The translations under genes were made by a program, and so were the position numbers. DNA of 64,000 nucleotides from Eledone cirrhosa (taxonomy: Eukaryota): positions 61,008,001-61,072,000 of the forward strand of contig OZ024747.1 of NCBI GenBank assembly GCA_964016885.1. Reading direction: 5' to 3'. The notes under the pieces were generated by a model. The model ran no database searches. It was given only the letters and a program-made list of their open reading frames with translations, and had not been told where the DNA came from. The first letter of the stretch is position 1. The number at the start of each line of letters is the position of its first letter. This document shows positions 27,816 through 40,681 of this stretch, one piece after another.

Positions 27816-28322
27816 GCAGCAAATATGTTTATATTCATATAAAAAATCCTTTAATAATAATTTTATGTAAGAACTTCTGTTAAATTATGCTCCAAACACC
27901 AGAGGAATAATGAAAAGATTAGTTATAGCGAGGGTTGGGATTATATTCTTGATTGTCTTCAAATTGATTTGAAAATAATAAGCATAGTCTTTCATGAGAA
28001 ATATGTTAATGGAAATAGGATAACTCTTTGTTATTACTAATCCACAGCTCTAATTCAGCCTGAAACTATTAACAAAAGTTAATTGTTATGACTGCATTAT
28101 TTGTTGGCAGAGTCATTAGAATGTCAGATAGAATGCTTTGTGGTATTCCTTCCAACTCTCTAATCTCTGGGTTTAAATCCCGCCAAGGTCAACTTTACAG
28201 TTCATCCTTTCGGGGTTGATAAAATAAAGTACTAGTAACACACTGAGGTCATTTTAATCGACTTTCCCCTCCTCCATAATTGTTGGCCATGTACCTAAAA
28301 CAAAAACCCTTATTTATATATA

Positions 28323-29024
28323 CTAGCAGAAAAACCACCCCACGGGTGGGTTTCTGCTAGCATGTGTAGTGCGTATATTGATATTATACACAAATATATA
28401 TGCATGTAGATATTATACACAAATATATATGCATGTAGATATGATACATCAAATAAAATCATAATTGACAATATACACAGAAATTGAACAAAGCCTACGT
28501 TACACTGTCTTCTGTAATCAGTAATCCATGATATATTTTAAAAAAAGATGACATTTTATATAAACTGCATTAGGAGAAATTAGCGATGGAAATATATGCG
28601 ATTATAAGTGTTACAATATAACTGCCGCTAACCGGAAGTGTTGACATTTGATAATTTTAAAGATTAAGCTATAAAATATATTTAATCACAGCCACGAAAT
28701 TTAGCACATAAATTATTTAATATTCATTCATTATTTATTCAGGGCGGTGGATTGGCAGTATCGGTAGAAGGTCGGACACCATGCTTTGACGCATAGAGTT
28801 ACGGCCCTTGCCATTCTGAGTTCAAATCCCGCCGAGGTTAACTTTGCCTTTCATCCTTACGGGGTCGATAAAATAAGGTACCAGTAATGCACTGGGTAAT
28901 TGTTGGCCTTGTGCCAAAAGTAGAGACAATTATTTATTCAAAGTAATCCAACTTATTTTACAAACGGGGTAAACAAATATATTTTGGACGCAGTCCCGCA
29001 CTCCTTACTTTATTATAGTTAAGA
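28323..29024 (-). mobile_element. Non-autonomous Helitron (with nested SINE)
   Basis: Minus strand starts A|TCTTAACTATAATAAAG and ends with a GC-rich hairpin then CTAG|T, with no TSD. Homologous to 54314-54791. Confidence 0.8.
28742..28928 (+). mobile_element. SINE A inserted in the Helitron
   Basis: 12-bp TSD ATTATTTATTCA (28730-28741, 28929-28940); the empty site is present in the second Helitron copy. Confidence 0.9.
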
Positions 29025-29539
29025 TATAACAACTCAACTTGCTAAAAAGGGCAGCCTAATACCCTTTCCTCCTCCTACTTGTTGTCCAGACACTTATAAA
29101 GCTCATTCTCTCTTACGCATATATACACCAGGTCCAAACACAAAAGAACCAAACACCCAGTCTCTTGCTCTCCCCATCTCTCCTGCTCCCTCTGCTCTCC
29201 CCATCTCTCTGTCATTGGTTATAAACTATTATTTCATTATATTAAATTGTAAAATTAACAAAATTGAAAACCCTAACTAAAAAGTTCATAAAGTAGAATT
29301 TGTGTTTTATACCAAAATATATCTGTAGCTGATATTGATAGAATAAATTTACAAGACACACAGTTACACACACACACATATATATTCATCATCATTTAAT
29401 GTTCATTATCCATGCTAGCATGGGTTAGACGGGTTGTCCCATTAGAGGCAAGTGAGGTCAGGTGACTGTGTCTTGCTAATATAGAACTGTTTCTGGCTAG
29501 GTTTTGTATGGCTGGATACCCTTCTAAGACCAACCACAT

Positions 29540-30150
29540 TTACAGTGTGCTGGGTGTCTTTTGTCATGATACCTACACAACAAATTTACAGTGTGGGCAG
29601 GGTGCTTTTTGTTGTGACACCTACACGACTACTTTACAGTGTGGGCAGGGTGCTTTTTGTTGTGACACCTACACGACTACTTTACAGTGTGGGCAGGGTG
29701 CTTTTTGTTGTGACACCTACACGACTAGTTTACAGTGTGGGCAGGGTGCTTTTTGTTGTGACACCTACACGACTACTTTACAGTGTGGGCAGGGTGCTTT
29801 TTGCTGTGACACCTACACGACTACTTTACAGTGTGGGCAGGGTGCTTTTTGTTGTGACACCTACACGACTACTTTACAGTGTGGGCAGGGTGCTTTTTGT
29901 TGTGACACCTACAAGACTACTTTACAGTGTGGTCGTGACACCTACACGACTACTTTACAGTGTGGGCTGGGTGCTTTTTGTCGTGACACCTACACGACTA
30001 CTTTACAGTGTGGGCTGGGTGCTTTTTGTCGTGACACCTACATGACTACTTTACAGTGTGGGCTGGTTGATTTTTATTGTGACACCCACATGATCCCTTT
30101 ACAGTGGGGGCTGGATGCATTTTGTTGTGATACCAACATAACTTTACAGT
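29540..30150. repeat. 48-bp minisatellite expanded inside the RTE-tailed element
   Basis: ACTTTACAGTGTGGGCAGGGTGCTTTTTGTTGTGACACCTACACGACT about 12 times. Confidence 0.9.
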
Positions 30151-30628
30151 GTAAGGGTGGTGTGTACAGGAGTGGGTGCATGGGGTATAGTGTTTAAGAG
30201 GTCCTTACAAGATGTATGTTTGACTCGGTGCAAATGGGAAGGTGTGTCTTCTGTATAACTGCATAACACCAAAGATCTTGACCCTGTATCATTGCCTATG
30301 AGAGGTGCAATTGCACAAGGTCAATTTATATATATATGAACATCCACTAGTTTCAATGATAAGAGCTCCAGTTGTTTGATCAACAAAACTTCCTGTTCAT
30401 TCAATTAATATGTAAGTGGCTGAGCATTCCACAGTCACATGTACAGTGACAGGGAGGCTTAGGTACACAGGCACATGTAGATAGACACACATGTACATAG
30501 ACATGCACAAATATACACAGGCATACTCATAGACTTACATATATATATACATACATACACATATATATATATACACAGATAAACACAGACACACACAGAC
30601 ATACATACATACACACTTACACAGACAT

Positions 30629-30668
<40 letters not shown>

Positions 30669-30740
30669 TGGCAGGGTTATATACACAGATAAACACATAG
30701 ACACACACAGACATACATACACACACACTTACACAGACAT

Positions 30741-30786
<46 letters not shown>

Positions 30787-31812
30787 TGGCAGGGTTATAT
30801 ACACAGATAAACACATAGACACACACAGACATACATACATACATACACACTTACACAGACATACACACATATATATATATACACAGAGTGGCAGGGTTAT
30901 ATACACAGATAAACACATAGACACACACAGACATACATACACACACACTTACACACATATATATATATATATATACACAAGAGACAGGGTTGTATACACA
31001 GGCATACACATGTAAACAGATTGACAAAGAGATATAATGCAAAGTGATAGAGGTCTTATACAAGGAGAGAATTATCTGTTAGACACGCAGTGACTAACAA
31101 CAGAATGTTTTAAGTCTGCATGTCTGACATATATGCGTAGCTTGTGAATAAAAAATTCAAGGGGTTTCCTTGGCCGTGGTGATCCCTGCCAAACATCTTT
31201 TATAATGTATTGTCTTATTGGCTAATTTCATCGTCTTATTGGCTAATCAACAAATGAGAGTAATTGTTGCTCAAAAGCATCCGCCACTTTGTTTGCATGT
31301 TTATTTATCGTTTCGCTTTCGAATCTTCCTCCTGTATTTCGTCGTTTATCATCAAAATATTTTTCTCGTTTTGGTAACTTATATTGTTAATTTATATATG
31401 ATTTTTTAAATTTATATTAACTATTTTTTTTTCAGTTCGTTATAACATGCTTATAATATTGGTTTTATCATATTTACTTGTATATTTGTCCATATTATTG
31501 TTCGTTTTATGTTAGATTATTTTATTATTATTATGTTAGATTATTTTTGTATTATTATGTTAGACTATTTGTATGTAATATTTAATTTTTATTAATTCAA
31601 CTATAACAATTATTATGTAAAATATATTTATATAATATTGATTGTTTTTTGTAGTTGTTTATATTAAAAGTCTGAAAATATTTTTATACATCTTACAATA
31701 ATATTTATAAGATCATTTATAAAATAACAATTATATAATCTAATTACATTACAACAATAATTTATTATTAATATATATCATATTTAACTAGAGTTGCCTT
31801 AAAAAAATATTA

Positions 31813-32260
31813 AACTAGACCTGAAAAATGTGCAAGCTCAAAAGAGCCACAGAATGTTATAATAAACCTTCAAAAGTGTGGGACTAGAGTTGTTGCTCAA
31901 AAATATTGTAATCATTATCGATCGCGCACTCTGTGGCATCCTTTTATAAAAAAGAGACTCATAACGAACTCAAGATGACACGATTATTATTTAAGTGAAT
32001 TTATAATATAGAATTCGGTTTAAGTGCATTTCGTATTAATCATTACTAAACATCTAATATGAGATATTGAACATTAGCTTTAATAATTATCATGTCGTCT
32101 TGAGTTCGTTATGAGTCTCTTTTTTATGAAAGGATGCCACAGAGTGTACGATAGATAATGATTACAATATTTTTGAGCAACAACTCTAGTCCCACACTTT
32201 TGAAGATTTATTATAACATTCTGTGGCTCTTTTGAGCTGGCGCATTTTTCAGGTCTAGTT
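31813..32260. mobile_element. MITE-like inverted repeat, ~180-bp arms
   Basis: AACTAGACCTGAAAAATG...GATTATTA (31813-31990) is the reverse complement of ~32083-32260 (...CATTTTTCAGGTCTAGTT). Confidence 0.75.
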
Positions 32261-32383
32261 ATATATTATTATGCAGTAAGTACAGTAATTTAGTATAACA
32301 TTTAGAGAAGAACAAATATGGACTATTTTGTGAAGTTGAACCTGGATATCAACTGAAGTCCAGTCAAGAGGATCAAAAGTAAT

Positions 32384-32442
<59 letters not shown>

Positions 32443-33811
32443 TATATACAAACGTACATATATACATATATGTGTAGCAAATGTGTATGTGTAGATATAT
32501 ATATATATAGAGAGAGATAAACATACCTATATACATATATACACACAAATATATGCACATACATATAAGTACATACATACACACACACTCACAGAAGCAT
32601 ACATTTAAAACATGCAGATATATGCACATGCATATACACACACTTATATGTATATATATATATATATAAATTCACACACATACACACACAAACTGTGCAA
32701 TGTTTTGCTACAAGTCTTCTTTTCTGATTTATGTGTATATATTTCAAGAACAAATAGGGAATCATCTGTTCACAGTAACTCCCCTTACAACATCTCTATC
32801 AACAACAACAACAACACAACCACCAACCACACCACCACCACAAACCACACCACCACCACAAACCACACCACCACCACCCCCACACCACCACCACCACCAA
32901 AACAACCACCACCACCACCACCACCAAAAACCACCACCACCACCAATACAACCACCCCCACACCACCAACACCCCACCACCCCCACCACTAACCACACCA
33001 CCACCAATAACCACCACCACCACTACCAATACAACCCCCCCAACCAACCCCAACCACCACCACCAACCACAACACTACCACCACCACCAACCACACCACC
33101 ACCACTAACCACACCACCACCACAAACCACACCACCCCCACTAATACCACCACCACCACCAAAAACCACCACCACCACCACCACCAATACAACCCCCCCC
33201 CCCACCCCACCACCACAAACCACACCACCACCACCACCACCACCAATACAACCACCCCACACCACCAACACCCCACCACTAACCACACCACCACCACCAA
33301 CCACAACACTACCACCACCACCAACCACCCCACCACCACTAACCACACCACCACCACAAACCGCACCACCACCACCACCAAAAACCACCACCACCACCAC
33401 CAATACAACCCCCCCCACCACCACTCCCACCCCCACCACCCCACCACAAACCACACCACCACCACCACCACTAATACCACCACCACCACCACCACCACCA
33501 ATACAACCACCCCACACCACCAACACCCCACCACTAACCACCCCACACCACCACCACTCCACCACCAACCACAACACTACCACCACCACCACCCACACCA
33601 CCACCACCACCACTAGACCTGGTCACTCCATTCCAAGTGTAAACACCAACTATTTGCTAATGGCACAACATTAACAGAGAAGGCCTACAAACACTTATTC
33701 ATTGGCATTGACAATCATACATACTTGGCTTCACTTTAAACTCGTTCCCGCCCTCTCCCTCTCTCTCTCCCCCTCTCTCTCTCTATCTATCTATCTCTCT
33801 TTCTCTTTGTA

Positions 33812-33864
<53 letters not shown>

Positions 33865-35019
33865 TGTATGGTCACTGGAGTGAGTACTCAATACTATTGT
33901 AGAGATTGATAATATTTATTATGTGTGTGTGTGTGTAGGAGTTGTGTGTGTGTGTAGTGTGTGTCCATCATTCCTTGCACCTGTCCATCCATTACCCAGC
34001 AATGTTGCTAAGTAATGATGCAAGGATCTACTTAATTTGAAGTCTCTGGTAGATTTATGTTGTTGACACTTTAGAAATAATTCAGAGAATTCAGAGATGT
34101 TTTGGCTGTTTGCTAGGTAACCTTCTGGTACATTCTTTATGTTCTATTCCCCCTTTCTCCCTCACCTCCCACTTTCTACTTCCCTGGCCCTTGCCATTCT
34201 GAGTTCAAATCCCGCCGAGGTTAACTTTGCCTTTCATCCTTAAGGGGTCGATAAAATAAAGTACCAGTAATACACTGGGTAATTGCTGGCCTTGTGCCAA
34301 AAGTAGAAACAATTATTGTTGATTATCGTTAGAATTGAGGACTGATACATCACAATATATACTACACTGAAGTTTTTATTTACTATGATCTTAACCCTTT
34401 TGTTAACAGATTTCTAATAAAATAGACTTACTAGTAACATTCAAATTCTTCTGAAAGTAACCAAGAATTTGTTAACATATTTCTAAGATAGACTTACTTG
34501 TAACTTTCAAATCATTCTGAAAGTAACCAGGAATTTGTTAACATGTCTTACAACATGAGGATCAGAGAGGAGAGCTGTTTTACATTGCAAAGCTGTGTGT
34601 CAGTGTGAATCAGGATGTTGTTGGGAAAAAGTATATTCACAATAACACTAGCGCACTTAGCATTGCTGATGCTCACAAGAAAGAGTCTTGGAAATGGAAT
34701 AATGAGAGACTGATGAAAGTGGAGAATACAAGCAGTTAACCTCAGTAGACTCAACAAAGGGACTAGCTATTGAAACTAACATTTAAAGGGTCACAGAAGC
34801 AATCAAGGAGATGAAAATTGGTAAAGCCGTTGGACCATCAAAGATAGTCATTGAAGTGTTAAAATCATCTGAATAAGTAGGAGCTGAATTAGTCACCAAA
34901 ATAATCAATCAGGTTATACAGAATGAAGTTACACCCAATAACTGGCACAGTGGTAAACTCATTAATTGTTACTAGGGAAAGGGTGAGGCACTAGAAAGGA
35001 GCAACTATAAGGACATTAA

Positions 35020-35240
35020 CCCTTTAGCATTTACATTATTCTACATTTACTATTGTATTTTTGTGGTAAAGGAATTATCTCACATAATCATCTCACATAA
35101 TATTGAATCTATGAGATTTTGATATTATTTATTTTGAGAACAATACCTTAACATCTGTATGTGTGGCCAGTTACGGCCATTTTGAACAGAAAGAAGTGAG
35201 AGAATTCTAACTGGATATAGCCAGTTTAAATGCTAAAGGG
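35020..35240. mobile_element. piggyBac-type MITE
   Basis: TTAA|CCCTTTAGCATTTA...TAAATGCTAAAGGG|TTAA; interrupts the RTE coding remnant. Confidence 0.85.
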
Positions 35241-35319
35241 TTAAACTAATGAACCAAACTATGAAAGTGACAGAAATTGTTTTAACATATGCATTCATGA
35301 GTCTTATATCGAGTAATAA

Positions 35320-35812
35320 TAATTGTTTCTACTTTTGGCACAAGGCCAGCAATTATCCCAGTGTATTACTGGTACTTTATTTTATCAACCCTGTATGGAT
35401 GAGAAGCAAAGTTAACCTTGGCAGGATTTGAACTCAGACCATAAAGGGACATAACTCTGTGCTGCAAACCATGGCGTCCGACCCTCCACCGATACTGCCA
35501 ATCCACCAATAATAATATTATAACATCATTAGTATTCTAAAACATATGGTGTTGTGAGGCTGTTTGCTTGCAAATGAATCGAATACTTATGATGGTGGAT
35601 TGGCAGTATCGGTAGAGGGTCGGACGCCATGCTTTTCCGCATAGAGTTACGGCCCTTTATGATCTGAGTTCAAATCCCACTGAAGTTAACTTTGCCTTTC
35701 ATCCTTACGGGGTCGATAAAATAAAGTACCAGTCACGCACTGGGTTCAATTTCATCGACTTTTCCCTCCCTCAAAATTGCTGGCCTTGTGCCTATATAAG
35801 AAACCATTATTA
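35320..35812. mobile_element. Divergently oriented SINE A pair inside the RTE LINE
   Basis: Minus copy 35320-35507, plus copy 35594-35812. Confidence 0.85.
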
Positions 35813-37577
35813 TTCTATAAAATGCACACAATGCAGATCCTGGGTACACAAGAGATGTAGCGTGATAGCAGGCAAACTTACAGGTAGGGAGAAATAAGTA
35901 TGCAGTAGATGTACAGGGAAATTAGACAGTAGAAGTCGCATTGATAGACACATTTTTCAAATGCAGGCTGGTGCTATAGAAGTGGTGGATAGCTTCTGGT
36001 ACCTAGGAGATCAGTTTAGCATGGGAGGGGTGTTCCGAGGCCATAGTATCTAGAATAAGGACGGGTTGGAAGAAGTTTAGGGAGCTGCTTCCTCTGCTGA
36101 CGAAGAAGGGTTTCTCCCTGCGTACGAAAGGCCGGTTATATGATGCCTGTGTGAGGAGCGCGATGCTGCATGGTAGTGAGACATGGGTAGCAACTGCAGA
36201 GATATGCGACGGCTGGAGAGAAATGAGGCAAGCATGCTCCGTTGGATGTGCAGTGTCAATGTGCGTGAACGACCCAGCATGAATGTGTTGAGAGAGAAAC
36301 TGTATCTGAGAGGGATAGAATGTAGTGTACGGGAGAGGAGACTGCTGTGGTATGGACATGTGATGCGCATGGAGGATGACTGATGGGTGAAGAAGTGCCA
36401 CAAAATGCCAGTTGAAGGAAGACGTGGTAGAGGTAAACCACGAAAAACATGGGCGGAGGTGGTGAGAACAGGCCTCAGATCGCTGAAGCTCACGGTGGAG
36501 ATGACGAAGAACCGTGAGAAGTGGAGAGATGCTGTGCTGAATAAGACCCGTCCCGCCCTTGCAAGCAGGGAAGAGTGGACGTGAAATGATGATGATGATG
36601 ATGATTCGATATAAAACTCATGAATACATTTTACGTATCCACTGTGTTAGAGTGAACACAAATTTTGTTTTTAATTTTCAACAAAGCCAGCTGTAAAATC
36701 ACTTGAACCGGAGCAGTAGTACCTGTTAGGGTTCATTTATGGGGTAAATAATTATTTTACTCAAGTGGTGCCACTAATGTATTATCAGCCATTGAAAAGA
36801 AACATAGAGAGCATATTTAACAGCACTAGGGTTAGATCCCTTAACAACACTATCATGGAGAAGTCTGGTCATTATGACTCTGCTGGTTTGGAGCCTCGGG
36901 GGGGGGGGGGGGGGGGGGCAGTGGATGATGCAAGTGCTTTCTCTGAGATACAACTTAATAAATATATATATATATATATTTGTATATCATTATCACCATC
37001 ATTTTACTCTCATGTTTCATGTTGGCTGGGCAGGTTGTCTTGGTCGGAGATTAAACAGGTCAGAGAGACCTTATCTTGCTGAAATCTTCTTCTTATATAT
37101 ATGAGAGAGAGAGATAGAGAGAGATGGAAAGAATCATTGAGAGAGACACATACAGAAAGATTAAAGTGAAGCCAAACGTGTATGATTGTCAATAGCACTG
37201 AATAAGTGTTTGTAAGCCTTCTCTGTTAATGCTGTACCATTAACAAATAGTTGGTGTTTACACTTGGAACAGACTGCTGAATTGATCATTAAAAACACCA
37301 GTAATCTAATTTAGAAAGTGATGTACTCCAATGTATATTTAGAATGACTTTAATTAAGTTAAGACTTATAGATCAGTAGAATATCTATTAATTATGATAT
37401 GTCATAAGTTTATTACATTGTCTTAAATATACACCCCTTCCTTCTTCAACACACGATGGTGTTTGTAGGGGTACAGTAATGACATATGCTGTGTTTTGGT
37501 CATTTGATACCAAACTGCCTGAAACTTCTCCTCGTTCTATGATATGATATAAAGCTGTTTATTTTAAAGTTTTTATA

Positions 37578-37890
37578 TACATATAAAAATGAGAAAACTC
37601 ATCGCTAGAACAGCCATTAAAACAGTTAAATCCTGTCAAAGACAACGATAGGCAAAAATGCCTTAGAGGACAGAGACCAGTGGCCAGTGATCAACAGAGA
37701 GACAATTCACAAAATGGGCGGCAGGCAGATGAAATATAGAAAAGATTGAAAGATTACTGTCTTGACAGCATTTAGCCGTTTTCACAGCTGTTCTAGCAAT
37801 GAATTTTCGCATGTTTATGTGTTCAAATACACTCTCACTTCGTCCCAATTGGAGACAACATTGTTTTTTCATATAAAGTTGTTATATTTA
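37578..37890. repeat. Old, diverged fold-back, possibly of the same PLE class
   Basis: 37589-37643 versus the reverse complement of 37759-37812; CAGATGA...GAAAG remnant between the arms; CACTC...GAGAC downstream. Confidence 0.4.
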
Positions 37891-38056
37891 TCTAAAGACC
37901 TTCCAGTATAATCTTATGTAAGAACCTTTGTTTAGTAATATTCTGAACACCAGCTTATTAATGAAAATATCTTCACTAAATTCTTCCAAATTCTCAATTA
38001 TTTGAAAATCATAAGCAGCAGTGTTCCATTATAAATATGGTAATGAAAGGGTTGTG

Positions 38057-38388
38057 TGAAGACACATAGTGGTTAGATTCTTGGGCTTGCAACTGAGAGG
38101 ACATGAGTTCGATTCTTGAGTCGAGTGATGTGTTGTGTCCTTGAGCAAGACACTTTATTTCACGTTGCTCCAGTTCACTCAGCAGTAGAAATGAGTTGCG
38201 ACATCACTGTTGCCAAGCTGTATTGACCATTGCCTTTCCCTTGACAACATGATAGTGTGGAGAATGGAGGCTGGTATGTATGGGCGACTGCTGGTCTCCC
38301 ACAAACAAACTTCGCCCAGGCTTGTGCCTCAGAAGGAAACTTTCTAGGTACAAAACCATGGTCATTTGTAACTGATGGAGGTCTTTGA
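38057..38388 (+). mobile_element. CORE-like tRNA SINE with a different tail (related copies 39110-39420, 53150-53290, 56450-56720)
   Basis: GTGGTTAG..GAGTTCGATTC..GTTGTGTCCTTGAGCAAGACACTTTATTTCACG. Confidence 0.75.
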
Positions 38389-39989
38389 ATGAAAGAGTTA
38401 ATCACACAAACTTGAGCAAAGTGATTTATGTACTTTAGTGAAGGTTATAAAAGAATATCTGTTGTAAGACTTGACCCTTGTGGTGTGTGGCCAATTGTTG
38501 CACTTGGTGGTGAATTGATGGCTGTTTTCGTTTTTGCTTCCCTCTTTTTTCTTCCTTTTTTCCTTTCTCTTGCTCTGGTCATGTGTTTTGTTGTGTTGTT
38601 TTTGTGAGGTTCCTGGCGAGGGTTAGTTGTACTTATATGTGTTTATATTTGTGTTTATCAACGACATTATATTTGTAATGTTATTCTGAAAGAATTGTAA
38701 ATAATTTGTAATGTTATTTATGTATATATATATGTTATTTAATGAAAATATCATTAAGACTTGAACCTACGATCACATCGGTTATATTCCAGCATTATCA
38801 TGCTCACATCTATTTCACAGTTTCTTATTCCAAGAAATAATTATCTACTTCAACAATTTATGCAAATAGAAAAATTGAACATTGGAGAAAAAGCATCAGA
38901 TAAACTGTTTCCATTTTTGAAATGAACATGAAGTTTAAAATAATACCTAAATAAATTTAGTTTATTCAGTTTGTGATAATAATGATACACAATTGTGAAA
39001 ACGTATTCACAAAAATATGCAACAAGGTTGCACAGGTAGAAATGGATGTAAAATTGTATTTAACAAGAAACAAAATAGCATGTAGCAAACTGTAATAGTT
39101 TTTGAAGATGAAGGTGCATGGCTTTGGGGTTAGAGTATTCAACCTGCAATTGTAAGGTCGTGAGTTCAATTCCCAGTGGTGCGTTGTGTCCTTGAGCAAG
39201 ACACTTTATTTTACGTTGTTCCTGTTCACTCAGTGGCAAAAATGAGTTGTACCTGTAATTCAAAAGGCCTTGTCACACATTCTGTGTTACGCTGAATCTC
39301 CCTAAGAATTATCTTAAGGCTCAGTCAGTTGCTCAGTCACTTGCCCGTTAATTTTACGAGTAGGCTGTTCCATTGATTGGATCAACTGAAACACTCATAG
39401 TTATCACGGACAGAGTGCCCTGAAAAAAAATATAATAGTTGTGAAGTGAAATAAATAATTAAATATTTTATGAATTCCTATGTTCAAGCCTGAATCATAA
39501 TTCAATTTGAATTTTTCATTCTACCCTTGTAGAATGTATTGTATGTACAGATCCGTGCCCCCTAATGGAGTCGAATCGGTGTTGCTGTGACATACAGCAT
39601 GTCTTCGGCACTTTAAAACTGGCAGAGCTCATTTCTCCTCTTCTGTTTAGTACACTGCTGATTTCTTCCAAAGATGGTGAGAGAGAAAGAGAGGAAGTGA
39701 GAAAGATATAGAGGAAGAATCCACTACTGTATTGGACTGGTAATTTTTTTTATTAAACTCAAAAAGATGAAAGTCAAAATTAAACTCCATGAGATTCGAA
39801 GTCAGAGAACAGAGAGAGCTGAAATAAATATTGCAAAACATATTCTATCAATTTTCTGCACCAGCCTTTGTAGAATATTTACCAAAATTTCCTGCCAGAT
39901 TTGAAGGATACTTTATATAAATACAAATTGTTCACAAATTGTTACAAATTGTTCACAATTCTTTCAGAATTAAAATATAAACACATAAT

Positions 39990-40302
39990 AAATACAATTG
40001 ATTATTGCTAGGACCTTACAAATATAACATACTAAAATATACGTTCAAAGTGAGAGAAAGAAAAATAAAAGGAACCAAAAACGACCATCAATTCACTAGT
40101 GTGTGATAATCGATGCATATCACAAGAGTCAACGGAAATTTTTCAGGCAAGCCAGCATGATTACACCATTACTGCAGGTGATGGCAAAGCTAAGGCGCTG
40201 GAACAACCAAGCACCCTCACGAGCATCACCCAATATCTCAGTAAGGCGTGCCGCTAACGATGACAAGAACTTCACTGTCAGCCGCCCAACTCCACTAAAC
40301 AC
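39990..40302 (-). mobile_element. 3' fragment of a CRE-like (restriction-like endonuclease) non-LTR retrotransposon
   Basis: Minus strand FSGVGRLTVKFLSSLAARLTEILGDAREGAWLFQRLSFAITCSNGVIML matches the GD.RE..WL.QRLS.A...GN C-terminal motif. Confidence 0.7.
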
Positions 40303-40473
40303 ATTCTATAATAATTTTTATAAATAATTATTAATTTAACAAAGCACAAAGCCAAATTTTCAAAGAAAGAGATATAAGAGATTGAATAAGCTGTAGTATA
40401 TTACTGGTACTTAGCATATCATTGAGATCTAGTTTAATCTATTGCTCAGTTTACTACTACTTTGGTGTCTTAA

Positions 40474-40681
40474 CCCTTTAGTATTTAAACCGGTTGTATC
40501 CAGCCAGAATTCTCTCACCTCTTTCTGTCCAAACCAGATGTAACCAACCGCTCATACTGATATTAAGGTATCATTCTCAAAATAAATAATATCAAATTTT
40601 CGAAGATTTGATATTATGTGAGGTAAAGCCATTACCACGAAAATATAAGAGTAAATATAGAGTAATGTAAATTCTAAAGGG
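40474..40681. mobile_element. piggyBac-type MITE (same family, opposite orientation)
   Basis: TTAA|CCCTTTAG...CTAAAGGG|TTAA. Confidence 0.85.

Larger units (their letters stand above)
34550..36603 (+). mobile_element. Decayed RTE-clade LINE (RT region and 3' end), interrupted by a MITE and two SINEs
   Basis: AIKEMKIGKAVGPS, IKLMNQTMKV, DSFWYLGD, RIRTGWKKFRELLPLLT..GRLYDACVRSAMLHGSETW, RRLLWYGHVMRM, GRGKPRKTW; ends in a (GAT)n tail. Confidence 0.9.

Noticed and set aside
29508-30197. Cys-rich repeat protein ORF
   Set aside because: 48-bp tandem expansion of a dispersed retroposon segment.
32700-33674. 324-aa Pro/Thr-rich mucin- or extensin-like ORF
   Set aside because: Degenerate (CCA)n field that is open in several frames on both strands, with no splice or domain evidence.
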